Source: Acaryochloris thomasi RCC1774
GTDB lineage: Bacteria; Cyanobacteriota; Cyanobacteriia; Thermosynechococcales; Thermosynechococcaceae
Assembly (NCBI RefSeq): GCF_003231495.1
Contig: NZ_PQWO01000007.1
Span: 180,001 to 212,000, forward strand
Direction of reading: 5' to 3'
DNA length: 32,000 nucleotides
Under the pieces are notes generated by a model. That model worked only from the letters and a program-made list of their open reading frames with translations, was not told the origin of the DNA and ran no database searches. Positions 15,526 to 25,128 of this stretch are shown here, piece after piece. The number at the start of each line of letters is the position of its first letter. Positions within the stretch are counted from its first letter, which is position 1. Made by a program: the position numbers and the translations under genes.

Positions 15526-18213
15526 TTGCATGGGAACGTGGCTGTAACTGTTACGACCAATTTAAAGAGAACGAGACACCTACTGGTCATGGATGAAGGT
15601 GAGGGGCATCGCGTTATTGAATTGAAGGCCTCTTCCTATTTTGTGGGTAGGGATCCAACCAATGCGATTGTATTAGAGTCTAAAGATGTTTCAAGGCAGC
15701 ATGCTATCTTTTTGCGGCTAACGAGCACAAATCCTAATGACTATAGCTTCTTGCTAATTGATGGCAATCTTCAAGGGACAGCTAGCTCAAACGGAACTAA
15801 GGTCAATGCTGAACCCTGTCTATCTACACGTCTTGGCCATGGCGACCAGATTCGATTTGGCTGTCAGGCAAAGGCTAATTATTTCATTTTAGATCCACTG
15901 ACGGATCAAGAATTTCAAGATTACTGCGAGGGACGTGGCTACGAAGATTTACTGACTGAAGTGCATAATGCACGCGGTACGATTATTATCGATCACCCTC
16001 AGCAGCCTAACTTTGAGGCGGCTTCCCTTGTTCGTTTAGCCTCCTTTCCCGAAATTATCCCGAGTCCTATGTTTGAGGTTAATCTTCGGGGAGAGCTGAC
16101 CTATCTGAATCCTGCGGCAATGCAGGATTTCCCGAATTTGCATAGCTTGGGCCTGGATCATCCGGTGATGCAGGGGTTGATGGCTCTCATTAAGCAATCG
16201 AGTCACAACATCCTTAGTCGTGAAGTTGAGATTGCAGGTAAAGTTTTTGAGCAGTCGATTCACTACATTTCAGAATCAAGCCTGGTTCGCTGCTGCTTAT
16301 TTGATGTCACTCAGCGCAAGCATGCAGAATCTGAGCTTCTCAAACGCGATCATCTTCTGCAGAGTGTGGCTAAGTCCACAGCGCATCTACTTACCAATGT
16401 TGATTATGAAACAGCCATCTCCAAAGCATTAGCAACCTTCGGAGAGGTGGCGGGTGTTGATCGCATTTGTGTTGTCGAAAATCATCTTCAAGCTGAGTCC
16501 CTGCTCGCTAGCCTGCGCTTTGAATGGAGGCGGGATGCTGTTTCTTCAGTGCGTGGTACCTCTCATCGACAGCAGCAGCCTTACAATAATTCATATCTGC
16601 AGCGATGGCTGCCAATTTTGGCGAACGGCGGTATCATTCGAGACTCGGTTCGGGCGTTGCCTGAGCTAGAACGTCAGCAACTTGTCCAGGATGACATTTT
16701 GTCATTAATGGTTGTCCCCATTATCGTCAGCGGTAGTTTTTGGGGCTTTATTGAATTAGATAGCTGCGTTGAGGAGCATCGTTGGTCTGCTCAGGAAGAG
16801 TCAATCGTTTCAACCCTAGCTACTAGCATTAGTGCCGCACTGCAGCGTCAGTATAAAGATGAGATTATTCAGCTACAGGCTTTTCATGATGCTTTGACGG
16901 GTTTACCTAACCGCATTTTGTTTACGGATCGCCTTAACCTTTCTTTGGCTGAAGCACGGCGATCTCAACACAGCTTAGCGGTCATGTTTATGGACTTAGA
17001 TCGGTTCAAAACAATCAATGATACCCTGGGCCACTCTGCAGGCGACGCCCTGCTGCAGGAAGTGGCTAATCGCGTTAAGCACTGCTTGCGAGAGAGCGAC
17101 ACCGTTGCTCGATGGGGCGGTGATGAATTTACGCTGCTGCTGCCAAATATCGATCATGTTGAGGATGCAACTCGAACGGCACAGCGTATCTTAGAAGCTT
17201 TTCGAGAGGTCATTCCCCTTGAAGGCCATGATATCTATGTCAATACCAGCATTGGCATTGCCTTCTATCCGGCTGACGGTAAGGAAGCCGAGACGCTCTT
17301 AAAAAATGCAGACGTAGCGCTCTACCAAGCTAAAGAACGAGGACGCGGAATCTATCAACTCTATAATCGAGTCATGAACTCTGAAGCCTCTGAACAGTTT
17401 GTGCTTCGCAACGGACTCCGCCATGCCCTAGATCGTCAGGAGCTATTACTGCACTATCAGCCCCAGGTTGATCTCTTAAGTGGCAGATTTATTGGGATTG
17501 AAGCGCTTTTGCGATGGCAGCATCCTGAGAAGGGCTTGATTCCTCCGGCAACCTTTATTCCTCTGGCAGAAGAAACGGGCCTAATTATTGAAATTGGAGA
17601 GTGGGTATTGCGCACGGCCTGTCAGCAAGCTGTGGAATGGCAACAAGAGGGCCTGCAGCCTCTATCAATTGCTGTCAATTTATCTGCGCGTCAGTTCTAT
17701 GAGCCAAACCTAGTAGAAATGATTGCTGACATTCTGCAAGAGACTCAGCTCGACCCCAGCTCTCTTGAACTAGAAATTACTGAATCGACTGCCATTAAGA
17801 ATATTGATGTGACCCAAGGGATCCTGGCACAGATTCAAGCGATGGGTGTTCGTATTGCGATGGATGACTTCGGTACAGGGTACTCGTCTCTGAATTACTT
17901 AACTCAGCTACCGTTGGATACTCTCAAGATTGATCGAGCTTTTATCCAAAATCTGTGGTCAGAAGCCAAAGAACTAGAAATTATTCATGCCGTTATTGCC
18001 CTAGGACGAGCACTCGATCTAACGGTGATTGCCGAAGGCATTGATAATACAGAACAACTGGACCTGTTAAGGTCTCTCAATTGCCCCATCGTGCAGGGCT
18101 ATCTAACCGGACGTCCCTCACCTGCGAATGAGCTTAGAGGTGTTCTGCAGGCAAATTGGCAGCAGCACTGTCCTAGTGCTGAAGTTGAGCTTGCGCTTCA
18201 GACATTCTCTTGA
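15526..18213 (+). CDS. FHA-PAS-GAF-GGDEF-EAL multidomain c-di-GMP signalling protein
   Basis: 895-aa ORF. The FHA domain shows YFVGRDPTNAIVLESKDVSRQHAIF and NGTKVN. PAS-like and GAF-like segments follow (GVDRICVVENH, FWGFIELDS). The GGDEF domain has an intact GGDEF motif (17116-17130) and an RESD I-site 5 residues upstream (17089-17100). The EAL domain has an intact EAL motif (17500-17508), ELEITES, DDFGTGYSSLNYL and QGYL. The start is either TTG 15526 or GTG 15538. Confidence 0.9.
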   Translation: MHGNVAVTVTTNLKRTRHLLVMDEGEGHRVIELKASSYFVGRDPTNAIVLESKDVSRQHAIFLRLTSTNPNDYSFLLIDGNLQGTASSNGTKVNAEPCLSTRLGHGDQIRFGCQAKANYFILDPLTDQEFQDYCEGRGYEDLLTEVHNARGTIIIDHPQQPNFEAASLVRLASFPEIIPSPMFEVNLRGELTYLNPAAMQDFPNLHSLGLDHPVMQGLMALIKQSSHNILSREVEIAGKVFEQSIHYISESSLVRCCLFDVTQRKHAESELLKRDHLLQSVAKSTAHLLTNVDYETAISKALATFGEVAGVDRICVVENHLQAESLLASLRFEWRRDAVSSVRGTSHRQQQPYNNSYLQRWLPILANGGIIRDSVRALPELERQQLVQDDILSLMVVPIIVSGSFWGFIELDSCVEEHRWSAQEESIVSTLATSISAALQRQYKDEIIQLQAFHDALTGLPNRILFTDRLNLSLAEARRSQHSLAVMFMDLDRFKTINDTLGHSAGDALLQEVANRVKHCLRESDTVARWGGDEFTLLLPNIDHVEDATRTAQRILEAFREVIPLEGHDIYVNTSIGIAFYPADGKEAETLLKNADVALYQAKERGRGIYQLYNRVMNSEASEQFVLRNGLRHALDRQELLLHYQPQVDLLSGRFIGIEALLRWQHPEKGLIPPATFIPLAEETGLIIEIGEWVLRTACQQAVEWQQEGLQPLSIAVNLSARQFYEPNLVEMIADILQETQLDPSSLELEITESTAIKNIDVTQGILAQIQAMGVRIAMDDFGTGYSSLNYLTQLPLDTLKIDRAFIQNLWSEAKELEIIHAVIALGRALDLTVIAEGIDNTEQLDLLRSLNCPIVQGYLTGRPSPANELRGVLQANWQQHCPSAEVELALQTFS

Positions 18214-18255
18214 ACGGCGCCGATCATAAGGACATGACTCGGTGAAGTGACTTGC

Positions 18256-20949
18256 TCAGGATTTTTTAGATGTTGCCTTCTTAGATGTTGCTTTCTTCGC
18301 CGTTGTCTGTTTTGCCGTTGTTTTTTTAGCTGCTGTCTTTTTTGTCGTTGTTTTTTTTGTTTTCGATGCTGTTCGCGTTGATTTTCGCTTTGTTGACTTA
18401 CTTGATTCTTTTGTTGCCAATAGGTCTACGGCCTGTTCTAGTGTTAGATCTTCTACCTTTTGTCCTTCGGGAATCGATACGTTGGTTTTGTTGTGCTTAA
18501 TATAGGGGCCGTAGGGACCGTCGTAGACGTTGACTGGTGCTTCATCACCGGGATGGGCACCTAGTTCCTTTAGGGCAGTCTTTTGTGATCGTTGTCCTCG
18601 TCCCCTTTTGGGTTGAGCTAGTAGCTCTAAGGCCCGCTCTAAGCCAATAGTGAATAAATCATCCTCTTTTTTTAGAGAACGATAGTCTTTGCCCTCTTTG
18701 CCCTGATCATGCAGAACATAGGGGCCAAACCGTCCGAGACCCACCTTAATGTTGCGGCCTGATTCAGGGTGAACCCCTAATAAACGCGGAAGGGCCAATA
18801 GGTTCACAGCCTGCTCTAGTGTGACGGTTTCCATTGCCACACCCTTGGGCAGAGAAGAGCGCTTTGGTTTTTTGTTTTCTTCTGTGACGTCACCTAACTG
18901 CACATAGGGACCGTAGGCTCCTAACAGAACGTAAATTGGCTCTCCTGTTTCTGGATGGAGACCTAGCTTCTCTGGTCCCTCTAGCTTTTGTTTCAGAACT
19001 TGCTGAATTTGTTCAGGACTCAGATCGGCGGGCGTTAGATCCTTTGGTAGCGATGCTTTAACAGATTTTTCGCTGTCTCCATCCACAGATTCTACATAGG
19101 GGCCAAATCGCCCAATTCGAACGGTTGCTTCGAGGTCCGCAAGATCAATAGTCCGAGCTTCTGCTGGATCAATTTGTGTTTCCCGTTCTTTGACCTGACC
19201 TTCTAGACCTGTGTCGCCAGAGTAAAACTTTGTGAGGTAGGGGAGCCACTCTGCTTCACCCATGGAAATTTCATCCAGGGTTTTTTCCATTCGAGCAGTA
19301 AAGCTGGTATCCACGAGATCGGGGAAGTGTTTCTCGAGTAGCGTTGTGACAGCAAAGGCCGTGAAGGTGGGTATTAAAGCATTGCCACCTTTTTGGGCAT
19401 AGCCACGATCAATAATTGTGCCGATGACAGAAGCGTAGGTACTGGGTCGACCAATGCCTTCTTTTTCTAAGGTTTTGACGAGGCTGGCTTCGGTGAAGCG
19501 AGCGGGAGGCTGCGTTTCGTGGCCGATGGCGCTGAGTTCTTTGCATTCAGGTGTATCGCCTTCTTTGAGCGGCGGCAGGATTACCTCTTGATCATCCAGT
19601 GCCGCATCAGGATTATCGGACCCTTCAACGTAGGCCCGGAAGAAGCCCGGAAAATCGATGCGTTTACCGCTGGCTCGGAAGCCCGCGTCCTCGACCTGCA
19701 AGTTCACTGTGATGAAAGTTTGGCGGGCCTCTGCCATCTGGGTTGCAATAGTACGCTTCCAAATCAGATCGTAGAGGGCCAACTCGTTTTTCTGCAGCTT
19801 TGTTTCTTTGGGGGTGCGGAAGCTGCTGCCTGCGGGGCGAATGGCTTCATGGGCCTCTTGAGCGCCTTTGCTTTTGGTGGTGTACTGACGTGGTTTAGGG
19901 CTGAGGTAGGACTTGCCATATAGAGTCTCGACTCCACTGCGGGCGGCTTCGATGGCCTGCTGGGACAGATGAACGGAGTCCGTTCTCATATAGGTAATAA
20001 AGCCCTTTTCGTACAAGCTTTGGGCGGTCCGCATGGTGTCTCGGGCCGACAGACGCAGCTTGCGGTTGGCTTCTTGCTGCAGGGTGGAAGTGATGAAGGG
20101 AGGGGCTGGTTTACGTGTGCTGGGGCGCTCTTCTAGGCCAGACACCCGCCAGGCTTTATCTTCTAAACGGGCCTGAAGACTACGGGTCTCGGCTTCGTTG
20201 AGCAATACAACGTCCCGACCCTCAATGATTTGGCCGGTGTTCTCATCAAAGTCATTGCCGGTTGCCAGTCGCTTTCCGGCGAGGGTGGTGAGCTTGGCTT
20301 CAAAAGGGAGCTTTTCTTGCTCAAGAGCGGCTTTGAGATCCCAGTAGCTACCTTGTCTGAAGGCTCTGCGCTCTCGCTCGCGCACGACCAAAAGCCTTAC
20401 GGCAACGGACTGTACACGCCCTGCGGAGAGACTGGGAGCAATCTTTTTCCACAAGAGGGGGGAGAGGGTGTAGCCCACTAGGCGATCTAAAATACGTCGG
20501 GTTTCTTGGGCGCGGACGAGGCGCTGATCTACTTCGCGACAGTTGTCGAGGGCGGCTTTGATGGCTTCGTCGGTAATCTCGTGGAAGACCATCCGCTTGA
20601 TGGGCACCTTGGGCTTGAGAACCTGTAGCAGGTGCCAGCTAATACTTTCGCCTTCGCGGTCTTCGTCAGTTGCCAGAATCAGTTCGTCTGATTCTTTGAG
20701 CGCGTCTTTCAGCTCTTTGACAATTTTCTTTTTGTCTTTGGGAATAACGTAGAGGGGATCGAAGTCGGACGAGACATTGACGCCCAGGCTCGACCATTTT
20801 TCGCCTTTGACTGCTGCTGGAATTTCGGTGGCGTCGCGGGGTAAGTCGCGCACATGCCCCATCGAAGCGGTGACGTGATAGCTCGACGGGAGGTAGTTCC
20901 GAATAGTACGGGCTTTGGTGGGAGACTCAACGATAACCAGGGTGGACAT
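18256..20949 (-). CDS. topA: DNA topoisomerase I (type IA) with repeat-type C-terminal domains and a Lys-rich tail
   Basis: 897-aa ORF. Toprim N-terminus [20 protein letters not shown], and the catalytic Tyr region [10 protein letters not shown]. Four GPY-type C-terminal repeats are present: [39 protein letters not shown]. No Cys4 zinc-ribbon motifs are visible. Confidence 0.95.
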   Translation of the reverse strand: MSTLVIVESPTKARTIRNYLPSSYHVTASMGHVRDLPRDATEIPAAVKGEKWSSLGVNVSSDFDPLYVIPKDKKKIVKELKDALKESDELILATDEDREGESISWHLLQVLKPKVPIKRMVFHEITDEAIKAALDNCREVDQRLVRAQETRRILDRLVGYTLSPLLWKKIAPSLSAGRVQSVAVRLLVVRERERRAFRQGSYWDLKAALEQEKLPFEAKLTTLAGKRLATGNDFDENTGQIIEGRDVVLLNEAETRSLQARLEDKAWRVSGLEERPSTRKPAPPFITSTLQQEANRKLRLSARDTMRTAQSLYEKGFITYMRTDSVHLSQQAIEAARSGVETLYGKSYLSPKPRQYTTKSKGAQEAHEAIRPAGSSFRTPKETKLQKNELALYDLIWKRTIATQMAEARQTFITVNLQVEDAGFRASGKRIDFPGFFRAYVEGSDNPDAALDDQEVILPPLKEGDTPECKELSAIGHETQPPARFTEASLVKTLEKEGIGRPSTYASVIGTIIDRGYAQKGGNALIPTFTAFAVTTLLEKHFPDLVDTSFTARMEKTLDEISMGEAEWLPYLTKFYSGDTGLEGQVKERETQIDPAEARTIDLADLEATVRIGRFGPYVESVDGDSEKSVKASLPKDLTPADLSPEQIQQVLKQKLEGPEKLGLHPETGEPIYVLLGAYGPYVQLGDVTEENKKPKRSSLPKGVAMETVTLEQAVNLLALPRLLGVHPESGRNIKVGLGRFGPYVLHDQGKEGKDYRSLKKEDDLFTIGLERALELLAQPKRGRGQRSQKTALKELGAHPGDEAPVNVYDGPYGPYIKHNKTNVSIPEGQKVEDLTLEQAVDLLATKESSKSTKRKSTRTASKTKKTTTKKTAAKKTTAKQTTAKKATSKKATSKKS
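18266..18295. repeat. 15-bp in-frame tandem duplication within the low-complexity 3' end of topA
   Basis: TTAGATGTTGCCTTC (18266-18280) and TTAGATGTTGCTTTC (18281-18295) match at 14 of 15 bases. They encode the repeated KATSK units within the [33 protein letters not shown] tail. Confidence 0.8.
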
Positions 20950-21386
20950 GGTCTCAGCGGGTTGTAAGGACGGATGGACTTAACTTTAGTATAGGGACAG
21001 CTTTTGGGGATGACGATTTTTTGATGACCGTTCGCCAGATGCTTTGTTGGCAGACCGATCGATCAGAGGGGCGTACAGCTCTTTAGGCTGCACTACTGTC
21101 CTCAAGTCCTGAAGCCAGGATATCATCGGTCAAGCACGGTGGTGGGTTCGTTCGCAGATTGAGTGTTGCGACTTCTTTGTGGGGGTGAGATATATAAATC
21201 CGGCAGGTCCAGCGAAGTTCACTGCATTTCGGCTGTTGGGGATGGCCGCAATCTTGTTATCCTGTTGAATGGTAACGGCACTTTGAAAATCTTAGTTCTT
21301 TAAGAGATACAGGGAGTTCCTTGTGGTTCACCTCGCGCTCTCGAAGCTGAATTAAGTGCTAATGGTCCTACAATAACCCGCCAACT

Positions 21387-22958
21387 ATGGATGTCGCTAA
21401 TCTCGCTACTCAACTGAACGCTGCTACGATTTTGCCGGAGGGGATTGTGATTATCACCCTCCTGCTGGTGTTAGTGGGTGATATTGCCTATGGTCAAGCC
21501 TCGGCACGCTGGACGCCCTATGTTGCGATCGCAGGTCTGTTAACCTCCGTCGCATGTCTCTATTTACAGTGGGATCAGCCCGATTCAATTAGCTTTTTGG
21601 GCAGCTTTAACGGCGATAACCTCAGCATTGTTTTCCGAGGGATTGTGGCGCTGTCGTCTGTGGTGACGATTTTGATGTCGATTCGCTACGTAGAGCAATC
21701 TGGCAGCGCCATCGGCGAATTTATGACAATTTTGCTGGCGGCCACTGTGGGCGGCATGTTCCTATGCGGTGCCGAAGAGTTGGTAATGATTTTCGTCTCG
21801 CTGGAGACGCTGAGTATTGCCTCTTATTTAATGACGGGCTATATGAAGCGCGATCCCCGTTCTAATGAGGCGGCGTTGAAGTATTTGCTGATTGGGGCTT
21901 CGAGCTCGGCGATCTTTCTCTATGGTCTCTCGCTTCTCTATGGCTTGTCTGGGGGTGAAACCCATTTAGGCGATATTGCTGCAGCCTTGCCTGATAGTTC
22001 TGGATCCCTGGCTCTGGCTATCTCGTTGGTGTTTGTGATTGCGGGGATTAGCTTCAAGATTGCAGCGGTTCCGTTTCACCAGTGGACGCCGGATGTTTAT
22101 GAAGGAGCGCCGACGCCGGTTGTTGCGTTTTTATCTGTTGGTTCTAAAGCGGCGGGATTTGCGTTGGCGATTCGGCTGTTGACGACAGCGTTCCCGATGT
22201 TGGCGGCCCAGTGGCAGCTGATCTTCACTGCCTTGGCGATTTTGAGCATGATCTTGGGGAATATAGTTGCGATCGCACAAACCAGCATGAAGCGGATGTT
22301 GGCCTATTCTTCGATTGGTCAAGCCGGATTCATCATGATTGGCTTTATCGTCGGCACTGAGGCCGGTTACGCCAGCATGTTGTTCTATCTACTGATTTAT
22401 CTATTTATGAACCTGGGAGCCTTTGCCTGCGTGATTCTGTTCTCGCTACGGACGGGCACCGACCAAATCAGTGACTATGCGGGTCTCTATCAGAAGGATC
22501 CCTTTCTAACGTTGGCGATGAGCATGTGTTTGTTGTCCCTGGGTGGGATTCCGCCGTTGGCTGGGTTCTTTGGTAAGCTTTACCTCTTCTGGGCCGGTTG
22601 GCAGGCAGGGGCTTATGGTCTGGTGATCTTGGCGCTGCTAACCAGCGTGGTCTCGATCTACTACTACATCCGCGTAGTTAAGATGATGGTGGTCAAGGAG
22701 CCTCAAGAGATGTCGTTGGTGATCCAGAACTATCCTGAGACAAACTGGAAGCCCCTAGGTATGAGACCGTTGCAGGTCGGTGTGTTGGTGACGCTTGTAC
22801 TGACAATGGTTTCAGGCGTGTTGTCTAACCCGCTGTTTACGCTCGTGAATACTTCAGTGGCCAGTGTGCCTGTTTTTAATCAGGTTTCTCAAGCTAAAAC
22901 GGCTGACTCTATTGCAATGCAGGTTTCTACGACAGCTCCTGATTTGGAGCAACTTTGA
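21387..22958 (+). CDS. ndhB: NAD(P)H-quinone oxidoreductase (NDH-1) subunit 2
   Basis: 523-aa polytopic membrane ORF. The N-terminus [22 protein letters not shown] is typical of cyanobacterial NdhB. NuoN/NdhB antiporter-like blocks are present ([36 protein letters not shown]). Confidence 0.95.
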   Translation: MDVANLATQLNAATILPEGIVIITLLLVLVGDIAYGQASARWTPYVAIAGLLTSVACLYLQWDQPDSISFLGSFNGDNLSIVFRGIVALSSVVTILMSIRYVEQSGSAIGEFMTILLAATVGGMFLCGAEELVMIFVSLETLSIASYLMTGYMKRDPRSNEAALKYLLIGASSSAIFLYGLSLLYGLSGGETHLGDIAAALPDSSGSLALAISLVFVIAGISFKIAAVPFHQWTPDVYEGAPTPVVAFLSVGSKAAGFALAIRLLTTAFPMLAAQWQLIFTALAILSMILGNIVAIAQTSMKRMLAYSSIGQAGFIMIGFIVGTEAGYASMLFYLLIYLFMNLGAFACVILFSLRTGTDQISDYAGLYQKDPFLTLAMSMCLLSLGGIPPLAGFFGKLYLFWAGWQAGAYGLVILALLTSVVSIYYYIRVVKMMVVKEPQEMSLVIQNYPETNWKPLGMRPLQVGVLVTLVLTMVSGVLSNPLFTLVNTSVASVPVFNQVSQAKTADSIAMQVSTTAPDLEQL

Positions 22959-23017
22959 TGCTTCAATCAGCAAAAAGTAGATACTAAAGCTCAACTATCG
23001 CTCAAATATTTAGGTGA

Positions 23018-23305
23018 ATGTCAGATACTAGAACCCAGCTTGCAGACGAGCTTGCAGATATTGAGTGGCGAGATATTATCCCCCACTCTCAGCGCGATGC
23101 TGTCATTGTGGTCACGTCTTCGTTGAATATGCTGGATGTGGGCATGGCTCTAGCTAACGATGAAGTGCAGTCCGTCCAGCACTGGATCAGCGAACAGCTT
23201 ATCTATAAGCCTTCTGAGCAAGAACTCAGTGACTGGAATGGAGAGCCACAGAAGACCTTTCAGGCTCTGATCGTTCAGCCCTTTGTCTTGATCGCAGCGC
23301 CATGA
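23018..23305 (+). CDS. small conserved hypothetical protein (DUF2288-like, from memory)
   Basis: 95-aa ORF. Its stop overlaps the dut start (ATGA at 23302-23305). The acidic N-terminus followed by [14 protein letters not shown] resembles proteins I recall as DUF2288. This assignment is unverified. Confidence 0.6.
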   Translation: MSDTRTQLADELADIEWRDIIPHSQRDAVIVVTSSLNMLDVGMALANDEVQSVQHWISEQLIYKPSEQELSDWNGEPQKTFQALIVQPFVLIAAP

Positions 23306-23730
23306 CTCTCCAAGTGGTGCGTCTGCATGAGCAGGCTCAGCTTCCGAGGTATGCTCACGCTAATGATGCAGGGTTAGATTTATTCTCTGTTGTGGAAGTC
23401 ACGCTGCAGCCTGGGGAATCGAATCTGATTGCGACGGGAGTTGCGATCGCACTTCCTCCAAACACCGAAGCGCAAGTCCGACCCCGCAGTGGCCTAGCGC
23501 TCAAGCACGGTATTACCGTTCTTAATACGCCTGGGACTATTGATGCAGGCTATCGCGGCGAAATCGGCGTGATTTTGATCAACCACAGCCAGCAACCGTT
23601 TCAGATTCACTGCGGCATGAAAATTGCCCAGATGGTAATTGCACCTGTAATGCGCGTGGCTGTTCAGGAAGTTTCTCAGCTCGACAACAACACTGCCCGA
23701 GGAGAAGGTGGCTTCGGTTCTACGGGTTAG
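23302..23730 (+). CDS. dut: dUTP diphosphatase
   Basis: 142-aa ORF carrying the trimeric dUTPase motifs [28 protein letters not shown] and the C-terminal [10 protein letters not shown]. Confidence 0.93.
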   Translation: MTLQVVRLHEQAQLPRYAHANDAGLDLFSVVEVTLQPGESNLIATGVAIALPPNTEAQVRPRSGLALKHGITVLNTPGTIDAGYRGEIGVILINHSQQPFQIHCGMKIAQMVIAPVMRVAVQEVSQLDNNTARGEGGFGSTG

Positions 23731-23780
23731 TGAACACTATGATAGAAATCTAAACCTCTTGATACCGTGAGGTCTGAGTC

Positions 23781-24356
23781 ATGACTGCGATCGCCTTTAA
23801 GCTTGAACCGCTCGTTGAGTTGACGGATGATGCTTTTTATCAACTCTGTGGGGCCAATCCTGACGTTAAGTTCGAGCGATCTGCCCAAGGAGAATTAGTC
23901 GTTATGCCGCCGACTGGAGGATTCTCGGGTAATCGAAATAGTAAGCTGACCGCTCGTTTAGAGACGTGGGCAGATGCAGATGGAACAGGACTAGCTTTCG
24001 ACTCAAGCACGATGTTTAAGCTACCTAACGGTGCTTACCGTTCACCGGATGCTGCTTGGATTCTTCTATCGCGGTGGCAGACATTGACGACTCAAGAGCA
24101 GGAACGTTTCCCCCCCATTTGCCCAGATTTTGTAGTGGAGCTGCGATCTGCCAGTGATTCACTCCGACCGCTTCAGGACAAGATGCAAGAGTATCTGGAG
24201 AACGGGATACAGTTAGGCTGGTTGCTTGATCCGCAAACTCGAATGGTTGAAATCTATATTCCCGATCGAGAGAAACAAATCGTGCCGGCGCCTATTCAAC
24301 TCTCCGGTGAATCTGTTCTGCCTGGGTTTACACTAAGTACCGCTGGAATTCTTTAG
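23781..24356 (+). CDS. Uma2 (DUF820) family PD-(D/E)xK-like endonuclease
   Basis: 191-aa ORF with the typical Uma2 layout: KFERSAQGELVVMPPTGG, RSPDAAW, and the nuclease core PDFVVELRS. This family is highly expanded in cyanobacteria. Confidence 0.85.
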   Translation: MTAIAFKLEPLVELTDDAFYQLCGANPDVKFERSAQGELVVMPPTGGFSGNRNSKLTARLETWADADGTGLAFDSSTMFKLPNGAYRSPDAAWILLSRWQTLTTQEQERFPPICPDFVVELRSASDSLRPLQDKMQEYLENGIQLGWLLDPQTRMVEIYIPDREKQIVPAPIQLSGESVLPGFTLSTAGIL

Positions 24357-24378
24357 CATCTCGGAGACGTTTTAACCT

Positions 24379-24999
24379 GTGGCTATATTCAAATTGAGAA
24401 GCATTACATCCCGTTGGATAAGCGTGTTGGCTTGCTTGCCAGTTGCGATCGCAACTCCCTCATTCCTTCCGCCTTCTCCGGTACACGCTAGCGAACTCAG
24501 CGAGATCTTTGTAGACCCGAGCATCCCTGCCACTCTGCAGCTCAAAACCCTAGACGAAACCTGGAAGCGGCTACAGCTTAACGAAGATACTCCAGGGCTA
24601 TCGGCTTCCATGCTTTTTGGTATATCAGGGTTGGTACGGTCAGCTCTCAGGACGGATGTGTACTATACCCAAGGTAAAACGGTCACCATTGGCAAACAGA
24701 AATATCTAGTGGCTTACCGACCTGAAAGCAGCAATATCAATTTTTTAGAACTCATGCAGTCGGGGCGTAACAAATCACCTGAAGATATCATCGAACCGCT
24801 AACGCCAGAGAGTCCATTGACGCTCTCTTTATTTAATCTAAGTACCCTCAGCGGTCTCAGAGATATTCAACCCTTCAATCTGCAAAAAGAAATCGAAGCC
24901 TCTAAGAAGGCTATCCCTGAAGAACCCGAAAAGAAACCCTCTACCTCAGAAAAGCCTGCCAGTGCTGAAGACGTTCCTGCTCCTGAGTCGTTGAGTTGA
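24379..24999 (+). CDS. hypothetical secreted protein with a Pro/Glu/Lys-rich C-terminus
   Basis: 206-aa ORF with a GTG start. It has a signal-peptide-like N-terminus (RWISVLACLPVAIATPSFLPPSPVHA/SE). I recognise no family. Confidence 0.55.
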   Translation: MAIFKLRSITSRWISVLACLPVAIATPSFLPPSPVHASELSEIFVDPSIPATLQLKTLDETWKRLQLNEDTPGLSASMLFGISGLVRSALRTDVYYTQGKTVTIGKQKYLVAYRPESSNINFLELMQSGRNKSPEDIIEPLTPESPLTLSLFNLSTLSGLRDIQPFNLQKEIEASKKAIPEEPEKKPSTSEKPASAEDVPAPESLS

Positions 25000-25128
25000 T
25001 CTTGAAAAAGGGCTGGCAGTTACAGAGGGGTTGCTTAATTCATGAGTCAGTTGAAGCGAATCGGCCCAAGAAGATAGCTTGGTATAGTAAAGCTACTCAA
25101 CGAATCAAGCAAAAAAGCCCGTACCCCT

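Noticed and set aside
20950-21386. 437-bp divergent topA/ndhB spacer, screened for tRNA, sRNA or small genes
   Set aside because: I found only short weak hairpins (for example TCCTG-aagc-CAGGA at 21107-21120) and ORFs under 21 aa. There is no T-arm-like GGTTCGAATCC motif. Nothing rises above what divergent promoters would explain.
23781-24356. Uma2 nuclease as a possible marker of a defence or restriction island
   Set aside because: Uma2/DUF820 genes are scattered in dozens of copies through cyanobacterial chromosomes. The neighbours here are dut and a secreted hypothetical, with no methyltransferase, ATPase or other defence partner.
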